Assembly (NCBI GenBank): GCA_964016885.1
Contig: OZ024745.1
Coordinates: forward strand, 28,024,001 to 28,088,000
Length of the DNA stretch: 64,000 nt
Reading direction: 5' to 3'
Source of the DNA: Eledone cirrhosa
Taxonomy: Eukaryota
In this document: positions 14,841 to 29,330 of the stretch, piece by piece
Layout: every line of letters begins with the position of its first letter
Position numbering within the stretch: position 1 is the first letter of the stretch
Program-made: the position numbers and the translations under genes
The notes under the pieces: model-generated
Seen by the model: the letters and a program-made list of their open reading frames with translations, nothing else
What the model was told of the DNA's origin: nothing
Database searches by the model: none

Positions 14841-16009
14841 TAAAAATATTTTGAACAGTTCTTTGATTCTTATATTTCATATAACTGCTCTGTAAATCAC
14901 CTGATGTTTTTACATTGAGCTACTTAACTTACTGGTAATAAGGTAGTAATATATTACTGCCTACCACTATTTAGGGTTTGTATAAAAATATATATAACTG
15001 CAAAAGGTTTTTGTATTTACATAACCATAAATAGTATAATTAATACTATATATATATATTTATTTATTTATTTATTAAAATAACATATTAAAGTTTAAGC
15101 AAAGAATCGCTGCTTTCACCCTTAACGGGATCTTCTGAAACTAACAAAGTCAATCTGTGAACGCAGAAGTGAATATTTCAAAAAACGTTGCAACCGGGGG
15201 AAGACAGGAAGACGATACTTTGCTTCGTGGAAACGTTCCCTGGCAAAGAACAGGAAAAAACGAATATAATACGTCATTATTTGGAGCGGTGAAAAACAAT
15301 TACACGCAAAGACAAAACCACGTTTATGGTATAAAAGTAGTCGTAGACTAATATTGTATTAGGTGGTTCATATATATATATTGGAGAATTTAGATCGATA
15401 TAATGCCAGAGGCACAGAAACGAATGTAATATTTCCATCTTGCTTCCTATAGAATTGCTCAACGATAACGATGCCACGTGTGTGAATAATTCGTTCAGGG
15501 TACATCTATAGTGATTCGTTCTAGGAAAGCAGAACCTATATAAAACAAACAGGCTGATAACAGTCAAAGAAATTTAAGAATTCCACCAGTTTAACAAAGA
15601 AAGAGTTGAGATACTTACATTTCCATCACCTGGACTGAATTTGGTGTTGACCCCCGAAAATATGTGCCAACTACAACTATTGGAAATTAATTATTGGAAA
15701 ATTAAGGCTGGGAGATACTTATCAACAGATAGACCTACTGACAACCGAAAATCCTCATGTCTATACAGAGACAAATCTATGTGTCTACGTTCGACGGCTA
15801 TCTGACAAGAAATAGACTACCGCAGTGTTTGGGGGGAAGATGCTAAAAATAGCAGCACCTCGCACGGCCAATTAAAACAACTCAACCAGTGAAGTTATGG
15901 TGCCGGGAGTGAATTATAGTGGGGAATTTAGATCGATATGATGCCAGTAGTACAGAATCCAACACAATCTTTTTATCTTGTTTCCTATAGATCTGTTCTT
16001 TGATAGATT

Positions 16010-16300
16010 AATGTACCCACCCCAAGCAAGGCAATACAGCGTCTACAATGTAAAGGGGTTGCTGAGAAGAGAAAGGGATAAAACAGAGGGAATATAATTC
16101 AATGAGAGAGATGACGGTTAATGTATCATTTTAATGGTCAGGAAACAAGAAGCCGCGAGAGAATTTCATATGCGAGATATTTGATGGACGAAACTATCAG
16201 AATAGTATTTACAATTACATTTAGGACTTCAACTGTAAAATGATGAGATCTAGTTACCAATCTGGTACTCCGTTTAAACTCATGAAGGGAAATGTTTGTG
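16010..16300 (-). mobile_element. Decayed CR1/Jockey-group LINE 3' end
   Basis: Minus strand reads HHFTVEVLKCNCKYYSDSF...NSLAASCF, which resembles a LINE ORF2 terminus. Confidence 0.4.
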
Positions 16301-16381
16301 GTAGTTAGATATGTCTCATTGTAAGACTTTCAAGTATTTAAATATTAAGGGGGGATTCTTTTGTTTGAATTTCCTTCTTAT

Positions 16382-16496
16382 TTACATTCCTATATCAATG
16401 CAAAATAGTACACAAATATACGCAAACTAATAATTTCGACATTTTTATTAGTTTGCGTATATTTGTGTACTATTTTGTATTCATATAGGAATGTAA
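16382..16496. repeat. Near-perfect ~50-bp-stem hairpin
   Basis: caaaatagtacacaaatatacgcaaactaataa pairs with ttattagtttgcgtatatttgtgtactattttg, with outer pairing as well. Confidence 0.85.
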
Positions 16497-17292
16497 TGCG
16501 TGATTTTTAGCTTTGAGCTTAGCAACTAAATATCGTTTATCTACATCTACAATAGAAATAGATATTATTTCAACATGGAATGTCATAAAATGTTGAGCAG
16601 TTGAAAGATAATTTTCTCAGTTAAATACATTTATATTCACCTTCATTCTAGCTTCAACAGAAAATAAATCCCAAATATAACTAATAAGTGTTTCTAAAAG
16701 ACTTACGCAGCCTTGAAACTTAACGAAAAGATAGTTATTTTGGAAATTGAAGTGAATAATAAGAAACCTTTCAAGTCTTCAAGATAATGTAATTCGGTGG
16801 AAGAATTCGGGAAGATAACGTGTCAAATTCAAATAATTAATTGAAGAAGGTGGGGGGGGGGGGGGTCGCTTAGATAAAATCTTTTCTCGGAGATTTGTTG
16901 TTATCGTTTTTATATTTCTGTAAAAAATAATTTGGTGAAATTTTAAAGCAAAATAAATCCTATGAGATGACATTCGTATTAATGTTATTTTGGCATTCAT
17001 TCCATTTTTCCCATACAATTATTAACACAAGATTTCATCTGTGAGAAATAAACAACTAATGACATGCCCACTACTACTGCTGCTTCTACTACTAAAAAAC
17101 AATTACGATAATGAAAGTGTTAATGATTTCTTCTACTGGCACAAGGTCACACATTTCCAAGGGTTGAGTATAGCTGATTGAGTGGAGGGGGATTTTTCTG
17201 CTGTTTTTACCAGGTCGAGAGGACTTAAAGAGGTTTCTTCGCTGGGACAAGTCATGGGGGTAGTTGTACTTACAGCAGGCGGAAGCAGCAAC

Positions 17293-17338
<46 letters not shown>

Positions 17339-18135
17339 TGATGATGAGGAGAGGGAGGAGGGGGAAGCAGCAACATCAACAGAAGAAGAAGAAGAAGAAG
17401 AAGAAGAAGATGATGATGTAGCTATCACTATCACAACCACCTCTTCTATTGAAAGAAATTTAAATATTTATTTTCGTCTTGACCTTACAAATCAGTGACG
17501 TTCAATGAGGCAATATAGTAGTGGCTAGCGTTATCTCTAATCGTATCAATAAAAACAGAACCAGTAGATACAGCAAAATTAAAACAGAAGAAGAAGAAAG
17601 CATTAAAAAATATCTTAGCGAATCCCGAAATGAACAGAAGAAACATTAACTGTTGAAAGTACATGTACGAAGAAAAAGAGGTAATATGCATAAAAATTAA
17701 AACAATAATTTACAATTTACATTAAAACATTTGCATAGGCGACTTGCTGTCTCATAACATACTTCACCATCTTGCCATTATGCCAGATATTGCTCTGCAA
17801 AATAATTACGTTGAAAATCTCTAGGTACTAAAAACCTTTGTCTTCTTTGTACAATATTTTTGTTTGTATGCGAATCTCCCATTCATATATTGTGACTATT
17901 CATTAAAACAGTCTACTTAAGAGTGTCATTAGAACTTCAGATATTTTACCGGCCCTCTACATTTTGAGATCAACTCTCATCGAAATCAGCGATGCTTTTT
18001 TTCCTTTCAAGGCCGATAATGAAAGTACCATATCAGCCCAGTGTTGGTGCAGCCCTCTCTTCTTCCAGCTGCCACATCCTTGTTATTCCACTAGAATGTT
18101 ATTCCACTCTTATTATTCCACACCGTTGTTATTCC

Positions 18136-18199
18136 ACTCTTTCGACCCTCCTTTCGTTGATCTAGTAACTAGATCAACGAAAGGAGGGTTGAAAGAGTG
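18136..18199. repeat. ~30-bp-stem hairpin after a short tandem of tgttattccac units
   Basis: cactctttcgaccctcctttcgttgatctag-taa-ctagatcaacgaaaggagggttgaaagagtg. Confidence 0.85.
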
Positions 18200-20539
18200 C
18201 ATGTGTCAGCTTGCAATACATGAGCATTTAAAACTATTAGCGAAAGCATGGTAGATGCTACCATGTTATAGTTGTTTACAATTGACGGTCATAGTTTTCT
18301 TTTAATGATGTACAAAACACAATTATGTACAACTTTCTCAGTAAATTTACTTGTCACTTGTTTCATGTAGAGTTGTTCAGTGCTAAACTGGTTTTGGTTT
18401 AATTATATACCCGCCTTTCTTATATACAAATAAGATATTATTTTATTTTATTTCCAAATACATGGGTGGTAGGCCTCATATACTATCTAGTTGTAATATA
18501 CTATTTAGCTTCTGCTTCTGTAGACTAACAATGTTTATAGGAGGTTTACCCTGATCCATGGAAACCCTATTCACCTGCCTTCCTCTCATCACCCTTTCTC
18601 TATCCTACTCTACAAACTCCATACAGCTGTTACTGTGGTGAATTAATATGATAGAAATAAAAGCGCATTTGTGATCCAGGAGACAAGACTGCTCAAAGAA
18701 AATTCACTGACAAAAGTTTATACCCAAAGGTTTATTAGGCGACAGTAAACCTCTGCTTACAGTATTCAACGTCTTGATGCACATAACTCCAAAACAACTT
18801 TGATCGAGCAGACGTATGATCAATGGCAGGTACCACATCGTTTAATGTATATCGAAAAGATAGTCAAATGCCTATTAATAGTTACAGGTTGAAACATTTA
18901 TAGACCTTGTTTAGTATGGTCCTTCTTTTACTTGCAGCGACAGGCTTCTGACATCCATGTATAAATAATTATATTTTTTAACACTCAATTCGATATAAAT
19001 ACATATTTATTGTTTGAAGGCCGAATTGATGTACACTCAGGAGGATATAAGGAATGAGAGCAATTACTGGCCATTAGGTCGAAGCTAGGCAGAAACTGTC
19101 TAGAACAAAACAGGAAACGTTGAATATCTCATACCGTAATAGGATAATTCCCGAGATGTAGAATATGTCTCGTTGATAAATATTTAGTTCCTCTTCACAG
19201 GAAAATACGAGGAATATGCAGGAGCTACTCAGTAGTACGTCTTCTCCTCTTGCTGTCTAGAGTCTTCTCTCTCTGGTGAACCAGAAGGTTTTATAAGGAG
19301 GAGGCAACAATGGATTCATACGCGATCTAATACGATTGGTTTGTTTAATCAAATCACATATGAAACATTGTTGTTGCAAGGTATGAAGTAGTTCCACTAC
19401 AATGCAATCGTACTTCCTTGAAAACAGTGAGATTTACCTCGAGGAAGATTTGGCTGCTATTTCTCGCATGTAGGACAACAACGTAGAAATTTCCATTCAT
19501 TGGCTTAAAATGTCTATTCTAAGATTTAATCTCTTTTTATGAGGTTACATTATGATACTTTTGTTATAGGGATGTCTATTAGCAAATGTATGCATGTATA
19601 TCAAATTAATGTTGAATTTGTTGTGGTCGTTGTCGTGTAGCCAAAGATCAGCTCTCGTCGAACAAATAAAAGGTGTTTTATCCGTGAACACCGCAAAACT
19701 TTTCAGATGTAAGTGTATTATCCAACATATCCTGCCTATTCTTTTTCATAAGAGTGTAATCTGTATGAGGGATTTGGTTTCTATATCTAGCAGGCTGAAT
19801 GATTGTGTAACGGTTGCAATCTTTATCATGACTATGAACAAGTCATTTGTGAACGTGATTTTAATAACCAAATCCTAATTATTCCTCGTACAGCAGATTA
19901 TAATCATACTTTACTAAAGCAGATTATAATTATTCTTAAAATACACGAAAAAAAAACGAGTAAAAGCCTAATACGATGCTCGTGTAATTATCTCTATAGG
20001 AAACCGAAGGCGCTTTCAATGATAATTTGCGATCGAACTTAGGTCTCTAGACGTCTAGTTGATATGACAGAAATTTGCAGATAGGAGTATAAACAAGTTC
20101 ATAAACATTACTTCACCATCAATTTGCAAATCCTATTTTAGAAAATACAACTAATTACATCGTAATATAACAGTGTATAACCATAAACTTTACTAATGTA
20201 CAAGGTAATGTCTTATGATTTTCTTCATTTTAGTTCCAATGCTATTAAATATAAAGTCTAATTTATTTGTTTTTAGTAAAATATATCCGATAAATTTACT
20301 CAAAAAATGTATTTAGCTGGTTCACATTTTACCGGAGTGCATGTATGTATATGTATGTACGGGTAACTTTTATAGGAGTCGTAGGGACGCAGCAGTGACA
20401 TATAGCGTTTCTTGAGCATTTTGTAAACCTGGCGGAGCCCGTCCCCTCTTTAAGTCTGAACACAGCAGAGTTTTCTTCCAGAGAAGGATAGATAGTGAGA
20501 GAATGGAACTGAACAAGAAATATAGAGGAAGAATCTATC

Positions 20540-20695
20540 CCGGTACTAAACGGTTACTTTTTTATCGAGCTCGAAAGGATGAAAGGAAAAGTTGACCGCA
20601 GCGATGTTTAAATTCAAAGAACAGAGTCGGATCAAATGCTGCAAATCATTTTAACCAACGTTCAAGGTTGTAACGACTTTGCCAATTCGCCGCCA
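20540..20695 (-). mobile_element. Old Nin-domain SINE
   Basis: Degenerate ttttatcgagctcgaaaggatgaaagg core. Confidence 0.6.
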
Positions 20696-23600
20696 TACTG
20701 GAATGTATATAAGCGCGTTAAATGAAAGAAATGAATTATTACAGTGTATCTATTCATATATTGTTCTAGTATTGTTGTTAAATTTGAATAGTTACTATAT
20801 ATGACTGCAAAATAAAAACACAATATTTAGAATCTTTCAGAAATAACTTCATTAATTCAAGCCACACATATTTACATAACAGAACTTCAAAGCCTATTTT
20901 GAAATTTGTTTCAAGCTCAACGTGGGACAAAAGAAATTTTCTTATTCAAAAATTCATTAAAAATCAACTGAACGTGCAACATTATTTTATCATTGGCGGT
21001 TTTGTGTTGCAACAAATTATTTATATTTTTTTGTCTATCCTAAATATATACAGAATATACTATATGATTTATGTTTATATTAATATATCTATATAGATAT
21101 ATAATTCGCTTATGTGCAACTACGATATACCCATATGTCTTTAGAAATCTTCAGACATATATGTATATCATATATATACGTACATTTTTTTATTTCTCAT
21201 TCTATCCTCTAGTGAAGGACTAGTGTGCGAAAATTAAATACTCTTTTCCTACTACATCAAGCGTTAAACTAATATATTTCTTAATTCAGTGTGTGGTTTG
21301 CTTTGTTGTTTCCATTTACTATTTGCCATATATATATATATACACATCAGTTTGTTCCAGCAGTAGCATCGAGCAACAGTCAACATGTTTCTGGGTTATT
21401 GCCTTTTGTCAAGACTTGTATTTCTCTGCCACTCGCTTGAACTGTTGAAAATGATCACAAAGCGTGGTATCTGAGTCTCTGTAAAGACATGACCTTCATA
21501 GCTCCACGGTTGTTGACGTATAATAATTTATTATGAGCAAAGTTCCCGATGGTAATTAGGACGTGAGAACGAAGAGGATTCCTTGACGCATTATTATTCA
21601 CAAGATCCTACTGTGATGTTTTCAAAATTATATTTCCCAGAGTGCTTGACCTTTTCTAAAATATACCAAACATGATAATTTTTTGTTGCATATTTTTTGG
21701 TCTCAGTTTATTATCCCCTTCCCTATTTTTTTTCTTAAAGGTTCTCTGTAAACTACGAGTAATTAAGGGACTTCGCTGAAGGGCTGTAAAGATGGTAAGA
21801 AGGATTCAGATTCAGATTCAGATAAAATGTTCCGGGTGAAATCTATAGAAGGTTAGATTGATAAAGATCTTTGTATTTCGCATTTTATTAGACATATATA
21901 GCTATAAAATACTATAATCATGAATGAATATAAAGATGAGAAACTACGTATCACATGAAATTTAACGTTTCCTTATTTGCATATCTCCAATGCACTTTAG
22001 AATGAGAACAATATGCCAATAACGTATCAGTAATAAATAGAAAGACGTTAAAGTATGTTGAAATTTTAATGCTCATGAAATGAAGGATTTTACGAATTGA
22101 AGGAGTGGATGAAACTGGGTTATATATCAGGTAATAGAGCAACTAATTATCGGCAATTAAACGCCATCCATTGGTAGTCAATCACTATATGTATCACGTA
22201 AACATCCATGGTTATCGATCATCGGTATCTGGTCCAAGGTATTTCCTTTCGGCGGCGGAATCTACTAAAAACATTTAGTTGTATTTCTAAGGTAGCTTTC
22301 AATCATATCCTCTCATTCTAAAATCAATTGAAAAAATTATAGAAGAGGATAAGAAAGAATAAGGTAAAACTGAAACTCCGAAGGTAGTTCTAGATTACTG
22401 GTGTATAAGAAGGCGATATATGCGTGCTGTTTTTTATTTGAACGCTGTAAAAGTAAAATCGTCCGTGGATTCTTAGGAATTAGATTTCCATATGGATTTC
22501 ATGTCATTCAAACATTAAATTACGACGAACACTTCAAGTATGACGGGACAACTTCATTTGACAGAAAATATCATTTTTTGAAAAGTAATCCCATGAATGG
22601 TTTTAATACAAGGATTAATATTTTATTTATTATTAATAGTATTTTCATATAATTATATATACATACATACATATATATATATGTGTGTGTGTGTTGAAAA
22701 TTCATAGAAGATTATGAACATAAGTTAAAGTACGCACCTTTATCGGATAATGATTCTGGCCCAAAAAATATCAAGTTGTTATACTGACTACTTACTTACC
22801 TCAGATTTATAATTTAAGATTTGATAAAAGGTCATTAATAGGTTACTGAGCTAAAGTTAAATTATTCGGTCCATATTAATAGACATTTAAATGAGATAAT
22901 CAAGTATTTTTGCATACATATTGTGTATAACTTAGCTTGAGCTGTTGTCTTTAAAAGCTATCATATTGGATTTTTTATATGCCCAATCTTAAGTAGGAGT
23001 CTATTTCTATTCTAGATAAGTTTATCGTATAAAATATTGTCAATCTATATGACAAATCTTAACTGTGGTATTCAAGATAATCATTAGAAAACTTCAACAA
23101 AAGTCAACAAAGCGTAAGAAAATTAGCTATTCAAAATTTCTAGTTTCAATAATTTTTATTTGTTAAATTATTTTCATTTCTATATTTCTATATTTTCGAT
23201 TATACAGAAGAAAATATCTCTCTACAGTAAATGTTAATGTACTGCGATATTTCATAAACAAGCACTTCACATCTCTAAATGTAATTGATGTTTTTGTTGT
23301 TGTTGTTTTCATTTTCTTTTTTAAATTTATATATATATATTTGTAATCTTGTGTGGAAAACATACTCCTAAAATAAAAGCCAATCTATATATATTCTTGC
23401 TTCGATAAATAATGGCAAATTTTTACGAAAGCTTCATTCGTTCAATCACAGAATTCTACGATTATAATTCTTTATTCTTAAGTCATCGCTAATTAACACC
23501 TTCCATGTAGTTGTTTCGGACGTTGTTTTACCGATATTTATCTATTTATTTTCTATTTCCTTAACATTTAACTTTGATTCATATCTTCAATTGTTTGTTT

Positions 23601-23904
23601 GAAAGAGAGACAATATGATATCAAGACTAAACATTGAAACTAAAATTAACACAATCTTGGTTCAACTTCATTTTCCATATGCAATTTAAGCCGATATGTG
23701 GAATATTTACAAGTAATTTTTAGTAAATTTATCACTAATTATAGATTTATCAGTATACTACACAGATCTGTTAATATCTAAGAATTCTTATTTCTTTCAT
23801 CTATAAAGAAAATAATCTGTATCTGTTAGCTATTCTTTCTCTACATCCGAGGTCACTTGTCTGTCACTATATATATATTTTTCTTCGTCTTCTTCTTCTT
23901 CGCC

Positions 23905-24320
23905 CACTTATTCCTGAGAGGGTCGTGGGTAAGAGTCTTCAAACACTCCTTCCAGTGAGTCATGTCAGCAGCAACCGTCTCTAACTGATCCGGCTGGATA
24001 CCTAACTGAGATCAGCTAAGCTCTTGTATGTTATCCAACCATCTTGCTCAGGGTCCACTCCCTGGGCCTCCTGTCAGTTGGTTTTTCCGATAAATTCTGT
24101 CCAGCGATTCTTACTTGAAACACTCTAACCACATGCTCATATTAACGGAGCTGTGATCTCTCAATCCGGAGAAGTAGCGGTTCTACCTGGAGTGACTCTC
24201 TGATCTCCGAGCTATGCACTCTATCGAGTAACGGTTACTCCAAAGACTCTTTGGTAGAAACCCATTTCGGCCGCTTGTATTCGTGATCCTATTCTTTCGG
24301 TCATTACCAAAGATTCATGA
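23905..24320 (-). mobile_element. RTE LINE 3' fragment
   Basis: VMTERIGSRIQAAEMGF...SSEIRESLQVEPLLLRIERSQLR; same family as 33780-34695. Confidence 0.8.
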
Positions 24321-24368
24321 CAATAGATAAGTGTTTGCATGAATACACATTTATACACACACAGAGGC

Positions 24369-24466
<98 letters not shown>

Positions 24467-26677
24467 CATACCCATTCATTTTTCTCGGTAATTCCTTCCT
24501 ATTTTTTTTGTAATCACTGTCCACTCATGTGTATAAACATATATTGACTCATACGCCCTCTAGTTGACCATTCAACTCCCAAAACCACATATACAACCTG
24601 GAATACACGTTGACACTAACTAACACACAACACCTCTGCTTCTCTATAGCCTTCTTTCTCTTTCTTTTTGTCAGTGACCGATAGTCCCTGGGAATAAACA
24701 ATGCAGATATTAATAAAAAGAGTTTAAATTAACACAAGTAAGATTTCACAGCTCTAGCATCAATCCTTCATAGTCAGCCTATGAACTTTTCAGCCGACCC
24801 TCCTATACAACAACTTCTAAAACCATATGTTAATAATGATTTCTAGATACAGCACAATTCATTATTGGAGCCGGTATAATAGATGATCCTATTGCTTGAC
24901 TGACTAAACGAATGAGTTGTTTTATAAAAAAAACATTATTTCATTCAGAGTAATCTATCCAATCTTAAAAGCTATAAAATGTAAAAAGTGGTAAACAATT
25001 AACTATAATAGAAAAAGAAACGTATTTAATTTTAACTCTAACAATCAATGAACCAGCTTGAAAGATGCTGCTGTTGGTTACTTGAAAGCTTCTTAATACC
25101 GACTTGCTGTTGTAATAGCAAGGAATTATCGAAATGGACTTAAGTCAATTTTGTTCTAAAGTAGTTATTAGTGCGCTATAGTTGCTGGGGTTTTTTGAAA
25201 TAATCGTTCACTCAGATACGTGTTGACAAACAATGATGACATAATTTAGGCGTGAATAACTACGTTAGTATATGTCTCACTTAAATAAACATATTTCTTT
25301 TATAAATGTCTAGCACTGAAATATATTCCAGAATGAAATTTTGATCACAATGTGTTGTCATAATGCATTTTAATCGATTTCGTTTGATAATTTTCTGATG
25401 CAATGTCCATTTCGACAGCAAATGGAGTACTAAACAGCTTCAGCTCATTTTTGCGGAAGCGAAAATCGTCAACAGATTTGCATAATTCGGGGTCCGTATT
25501 TAAAAAATATTTAAACCAGGTGCCTTTTTTTTAAATAGGAAGTTGTCTGCGTTTTTGACGTTGGAATTTTCAAAATTGCTGTTATTTTTATTTTCTCTGA
25601 AATGCCACTGCATCTTGGATGCAACGTGCAATTATACTTTCTCCAGCGGCAACCTGGTGCATTCGGAGGTTGATCCATGCTTCATTGAGAGATATTATAA
25701 AGTCGGGTGACACCAGAATATGATTTCCCTTCCTAACATGCCTTTTAATAGTCAAATCCAAGGGAACATCATTACACGCCATACCAAGAAAAGGAGGTAA
25801 TTAATGCAAATTACTTGCATATTTATTATGTGTGAATACAAAAGAGTTGGCCAAATACGTACCTTACTAGAATAAATAATGTTTGCTCATTAAGCAGATA
25901 TTAAGCGTTAATTTATTTCAGTGACGTTGTTTCTGTTTGGAAATGTAAACCATCCCACTGGAAACGCTGCTTACTTATGTAGAATATCTAATACATATTA
26001 ATAAGGTGGTCCGACCTCCTGCGATTCGTATATATCAATGTTTTATTTGAAACAAAACGGAACCTTGGAGCAGTATAACAAAACACCATTCAAGATTCAT
26101 TATAAAGAATAATAACTCATGAACCAGATAAATATAGTATCACAAATTTTGCTCCCGGACAATAGGTAGCTTATCCTTGGCTTACAGTATCTTCGTTTGA
26201 TTTTGACCTCCCTTGTTCTGATATCAAATCTTGGTGTATTTATCGTTACTTTCCATTGGTTGTTGATAAGTACTAGCAATATTACTTCTGCCTAAGGCGG
26301 TAGATTGGCAGTATCGGTGGAGCGTCGAACATGCTTTATGGCATAGAGTTATTCATTATATCAATTTCACTTTACTTAAGCAGTTATTATATCATGGAAA
26401 ATTCTCGAGGACAACGCAGTCACATTCGTTCACAGATGATGCAGCTACTCTAGAAAAACATCATTAAAATCCGAAAAAAAAAAAAAAAAATATTGTTAAG
26501 ATAACTCGCAACAGAGACGTTTCAACACAACTTATCCTTTAGTTTCGAAAACAATAGCTTCCACCTGTTCAGCCACCAATCCCTAAAGTTCGCTATCTGC
26601 TAGTTATTGAGTGGGATATAATTTATCCAGTTATTAAAATATTCCGTGTATTTATTTATTTTTTTGTAGTTGATTTC

Positions 26678-26790
26678 ATAGTGCAGCACAATAATGATTT
26701 CTTTATTTATAGTGCAGCACAATAATGATTTCTTTATTTATAGTGCAGCACAATAATGATTTCTTTATTTATAGTGCAGCACAATAATGA
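26678..26790. repeat. 31-bp minisatellite, about 3.7 copies
   Basis: Unit atagtgcagcacaataatgatttctttattt. Confidence 0.9.
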
Positions 26791-26994
26791 GAATTGAATT
26801 GTTTTTCTTGCAAAGGAGGAATACAGACAACAGCAAAATTAATTCTACTGCTCTCTTGAAGCAACCATCTCTTTCTCTTTCAAACAAAATATCTTCTATA
26901 GTTGCCGCTTTTTTTTTTTTATTTTGCGTTTGCTCTTCTTCTGGCTGTTTTTTTTTTATTGAATTTGGCGTCGGGGCCGAAACTGATATCGTCT

Positions 26995-27455
26995 CCCTCC
27001 CCCTCATCTTCCTCCTCATCATTATCATCATTATCATAATCATAATCATCACCCCCCCCCCCCCCACCCCCTCATCCTCCTCATCCTCCTTCACATCCTC
27101 TTCGTCCTTCTGATCCTTCTCATCCTCTTCATCCTAATTCTCGTCCTCCTTCACATCCTCATCTCCCTCATCCTCCCCCCTTCTACCGCCTCATCATCAT
27201 CATCAATATCCTCCTCCACTTCCCTTCCCCCTCATCCTCCCCCTTTCTGCCGCCTCATCATCCTCATCATCAATATCATCCTCCACCTTCCTTCCCCCTC
27301 ATCCTCCCCCTTCTGCCGCCTCATCATCATCATTAACATCCTCCTCCACCTCCCTTCCCCCTCATCCTCCTTATCTTTCTCATTTAGTTACTCCTAATCA
27401 CCATCATCATCATCCTGTTACACCTCCTCCTCCTTACCATCATTATCATCATTAT
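26995..27455. repeat. TCC/ATC low-complexity tract containing about 3 copies of a ~65-bp unit
   Basis: cccctcatcctcccc..ttctgccgcctcatcatc is repeated over 27165-27370. Confidence 0.8.
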
Positions 27456-27457
27456 CA

Positions 27458-27646
27458 GGGCCGTGGATTGGCAGTATCGGTAGAGAGTCGGACGCCATGC
27501 TTTCCAGCATAGTTACCTCCCTTTACGATCTGAGTTCAAATCCCGCCGAGGTTGACTTTGCCTTTCATCCTTACGGGATCGATAAAATAAAGTACCAGTA
27601 ATACACTGGGTAATTGCTGGCCTTGTGCCTAAAGTAGAAACAATTA
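27458..27646 (+). mobile_element. tRNA-derived Nin-domain SINE
   Basis: A-box-like tggcagtatcgg, B-box gagttcaaatcc, Nin core, and tail gtgcctaaagtagaaacaatta. Confidence 0.88.
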
Positions 27647-29064
27647 TCATCATTATCAGTTTTTGTCGTTGTTCTTATTGTTTTAGATGTTGATATTCTT
27701 TTCAGTTCTTGCCGCCTAAAACCGTACTGTATGTTGAAATTGCTCCACATATACGTGTATCTGTTTATTTTTCAACCATAAATATTTGTTGAGTGTTATT
27801 GTATTGTTAATATATGTGGAGTAGAGTTGAATTGTTCTAAATCTTTTCCACTGAAAACATTGTTACTACCCTTTGTTTCTGCTGTAAATGCAAACATTTT
27901 TTTTTTTTTTCAAAATATCTACTTCAATTATGATAGCAGAAATTTTATATAACGGTGGCAACTGCCATCATTCCTTGAAGGAATTGAGAGGAAAATGAAT
28001 AGCCAATTTAAATTCAAATAGCAATGAGAATTTAAAGCAACAATACTAACGCAGCATGTTATACAAAATATATAACACTGACGAGAAACATATAAAAAAA
28101 GAAGCTTAACATCAAACACAATATTAACAACAGCAACATCAACAACAATAACACCCTAAGAAAATATATGTTTACACGCGCAGTTACAGAAATAAGACGA
28201 TTGAATGTCACCATAATGCTGAAATATAGCTGAAATACGACAGCCTCACAAATGAGTGGTCTCTGTTAAATACATCCAAAGGCCAGACGATGATGGAAAA
28301 TTGGGTGGCTAATTAAATCGATTAATCAAACTCAGGTAAAGTTTATCTGATGTGATTCGCAGTTGTCGTCTCCTGGATTTCACTCAGAAGGCTTGAGTGA
28401 ACTGGAGATTTGGGTAAAAGATAAGTGTTGTTTGTGGTATCAAACCCTAACCATGAACTTCTTAACCCCAAAGTCATGCCTGTTTATATTTTCTCATCAC
28501 GTTTCTTCGGTTATAAGTAACTATGTGCGATGGTGGCAGTCCCGACGACATATTAATTTGATCATGGTTTATATTTTACAGATATTCCCCCCGCAGATAC
28601 GGCTACTGTGGTGTAATACTAAATTTGTTTGATAATTAGACAATTATCTAACATTATATAAAATTATATAAAATTAATAAAATTGATAAAAGTCTTGGTT
28701 TAGCCAAACCGTCTCCTAGAAGTTCTGGCGATAATTCTGTAAGTGACTATTGCTATTTACAGTTTACATTTCTCTGGTCTTTATCTGAACTTGAGTTTAT
28801 TGCTGTATCTCTAAAATAAATGGAATATTTCCCAATTAAGTTTGTATTTATGGCAACAATTTAGAGAATAGTAAATTCCCACAAATGATTTTGTCGTCGC
28901 TATCGTATATGAATAATGTCCATGGACATTAATTCTAAAAAGGATAATATTAAATATACTCTCCTCACTCAGATACCATAATTTCGAAATTATCCGACCG
29001 GTTCTTTCTAGTCTATTGTTTGTTATCAAATTCTATTAATGTTTGCTAGCTGCTAGTTTTATGT

Positions 29065-29330
29065 CTGACAGGTCACCCTTGCTCCTAGCAACATGTAACC
29101 CAATACAACCGGTCACTTGGTCGGGTCATCGGCGACTAAACCGACAACCTCACTGAGCTTGCTTGGTGTGACTTTTGGACACACTGTGGGTTGAAAAATG
29201 GAACCCGTCAAAAGCCAACCAAAAGTGGATAAGCAGAACTCATTAGCCTTGGTTAGCAGTCTATCTAAGAGAATGATTACTCTGATTTCATAACCGAGGT
29301 ATGTTAGATTCCTTAATAACCTTGGTGACA
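29065..29330 (+). mobile_element. Old RTE-type 5' UTR fragment related to 58443-58853
   Basis: Shares ggtcgggtc..ggcgactaaac, gtgactttggaca and ttagccttggt..agagaa..actctga blocks. Confidence 0.6.

Larger units (their letters stand above)
13361..14881 (-). mobile_element. PLE 3'-UTR remnant with ~320-bp inverted pLTRs, each carrying a hammerhead
   Basis: 13361-13678 and 14563-14881 are near-identical inverted repeats. The interior shares gagttacctcc(c)ctca with the Neptune-like 3' UTR near 6882. Confidence 0.7.

Noticed and set aside
13361-14881. DNA transposon with 320-bp TIRs
   Set aside because: The arms carry hammerheads, there is no transposase or clear TSD, and an inverted PLE pLTR explains it better.
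19028-19401. Solo LTR (TG...CA with CCAAT and TATAAAA on the minus strand)
   Set aside because: No TSD or second copy is visible, so support is insufficient.
26678-26790. CRISPR-like array
   Set aside because: Identical head-to-tail units with no spacers, in a eukaryotic context.
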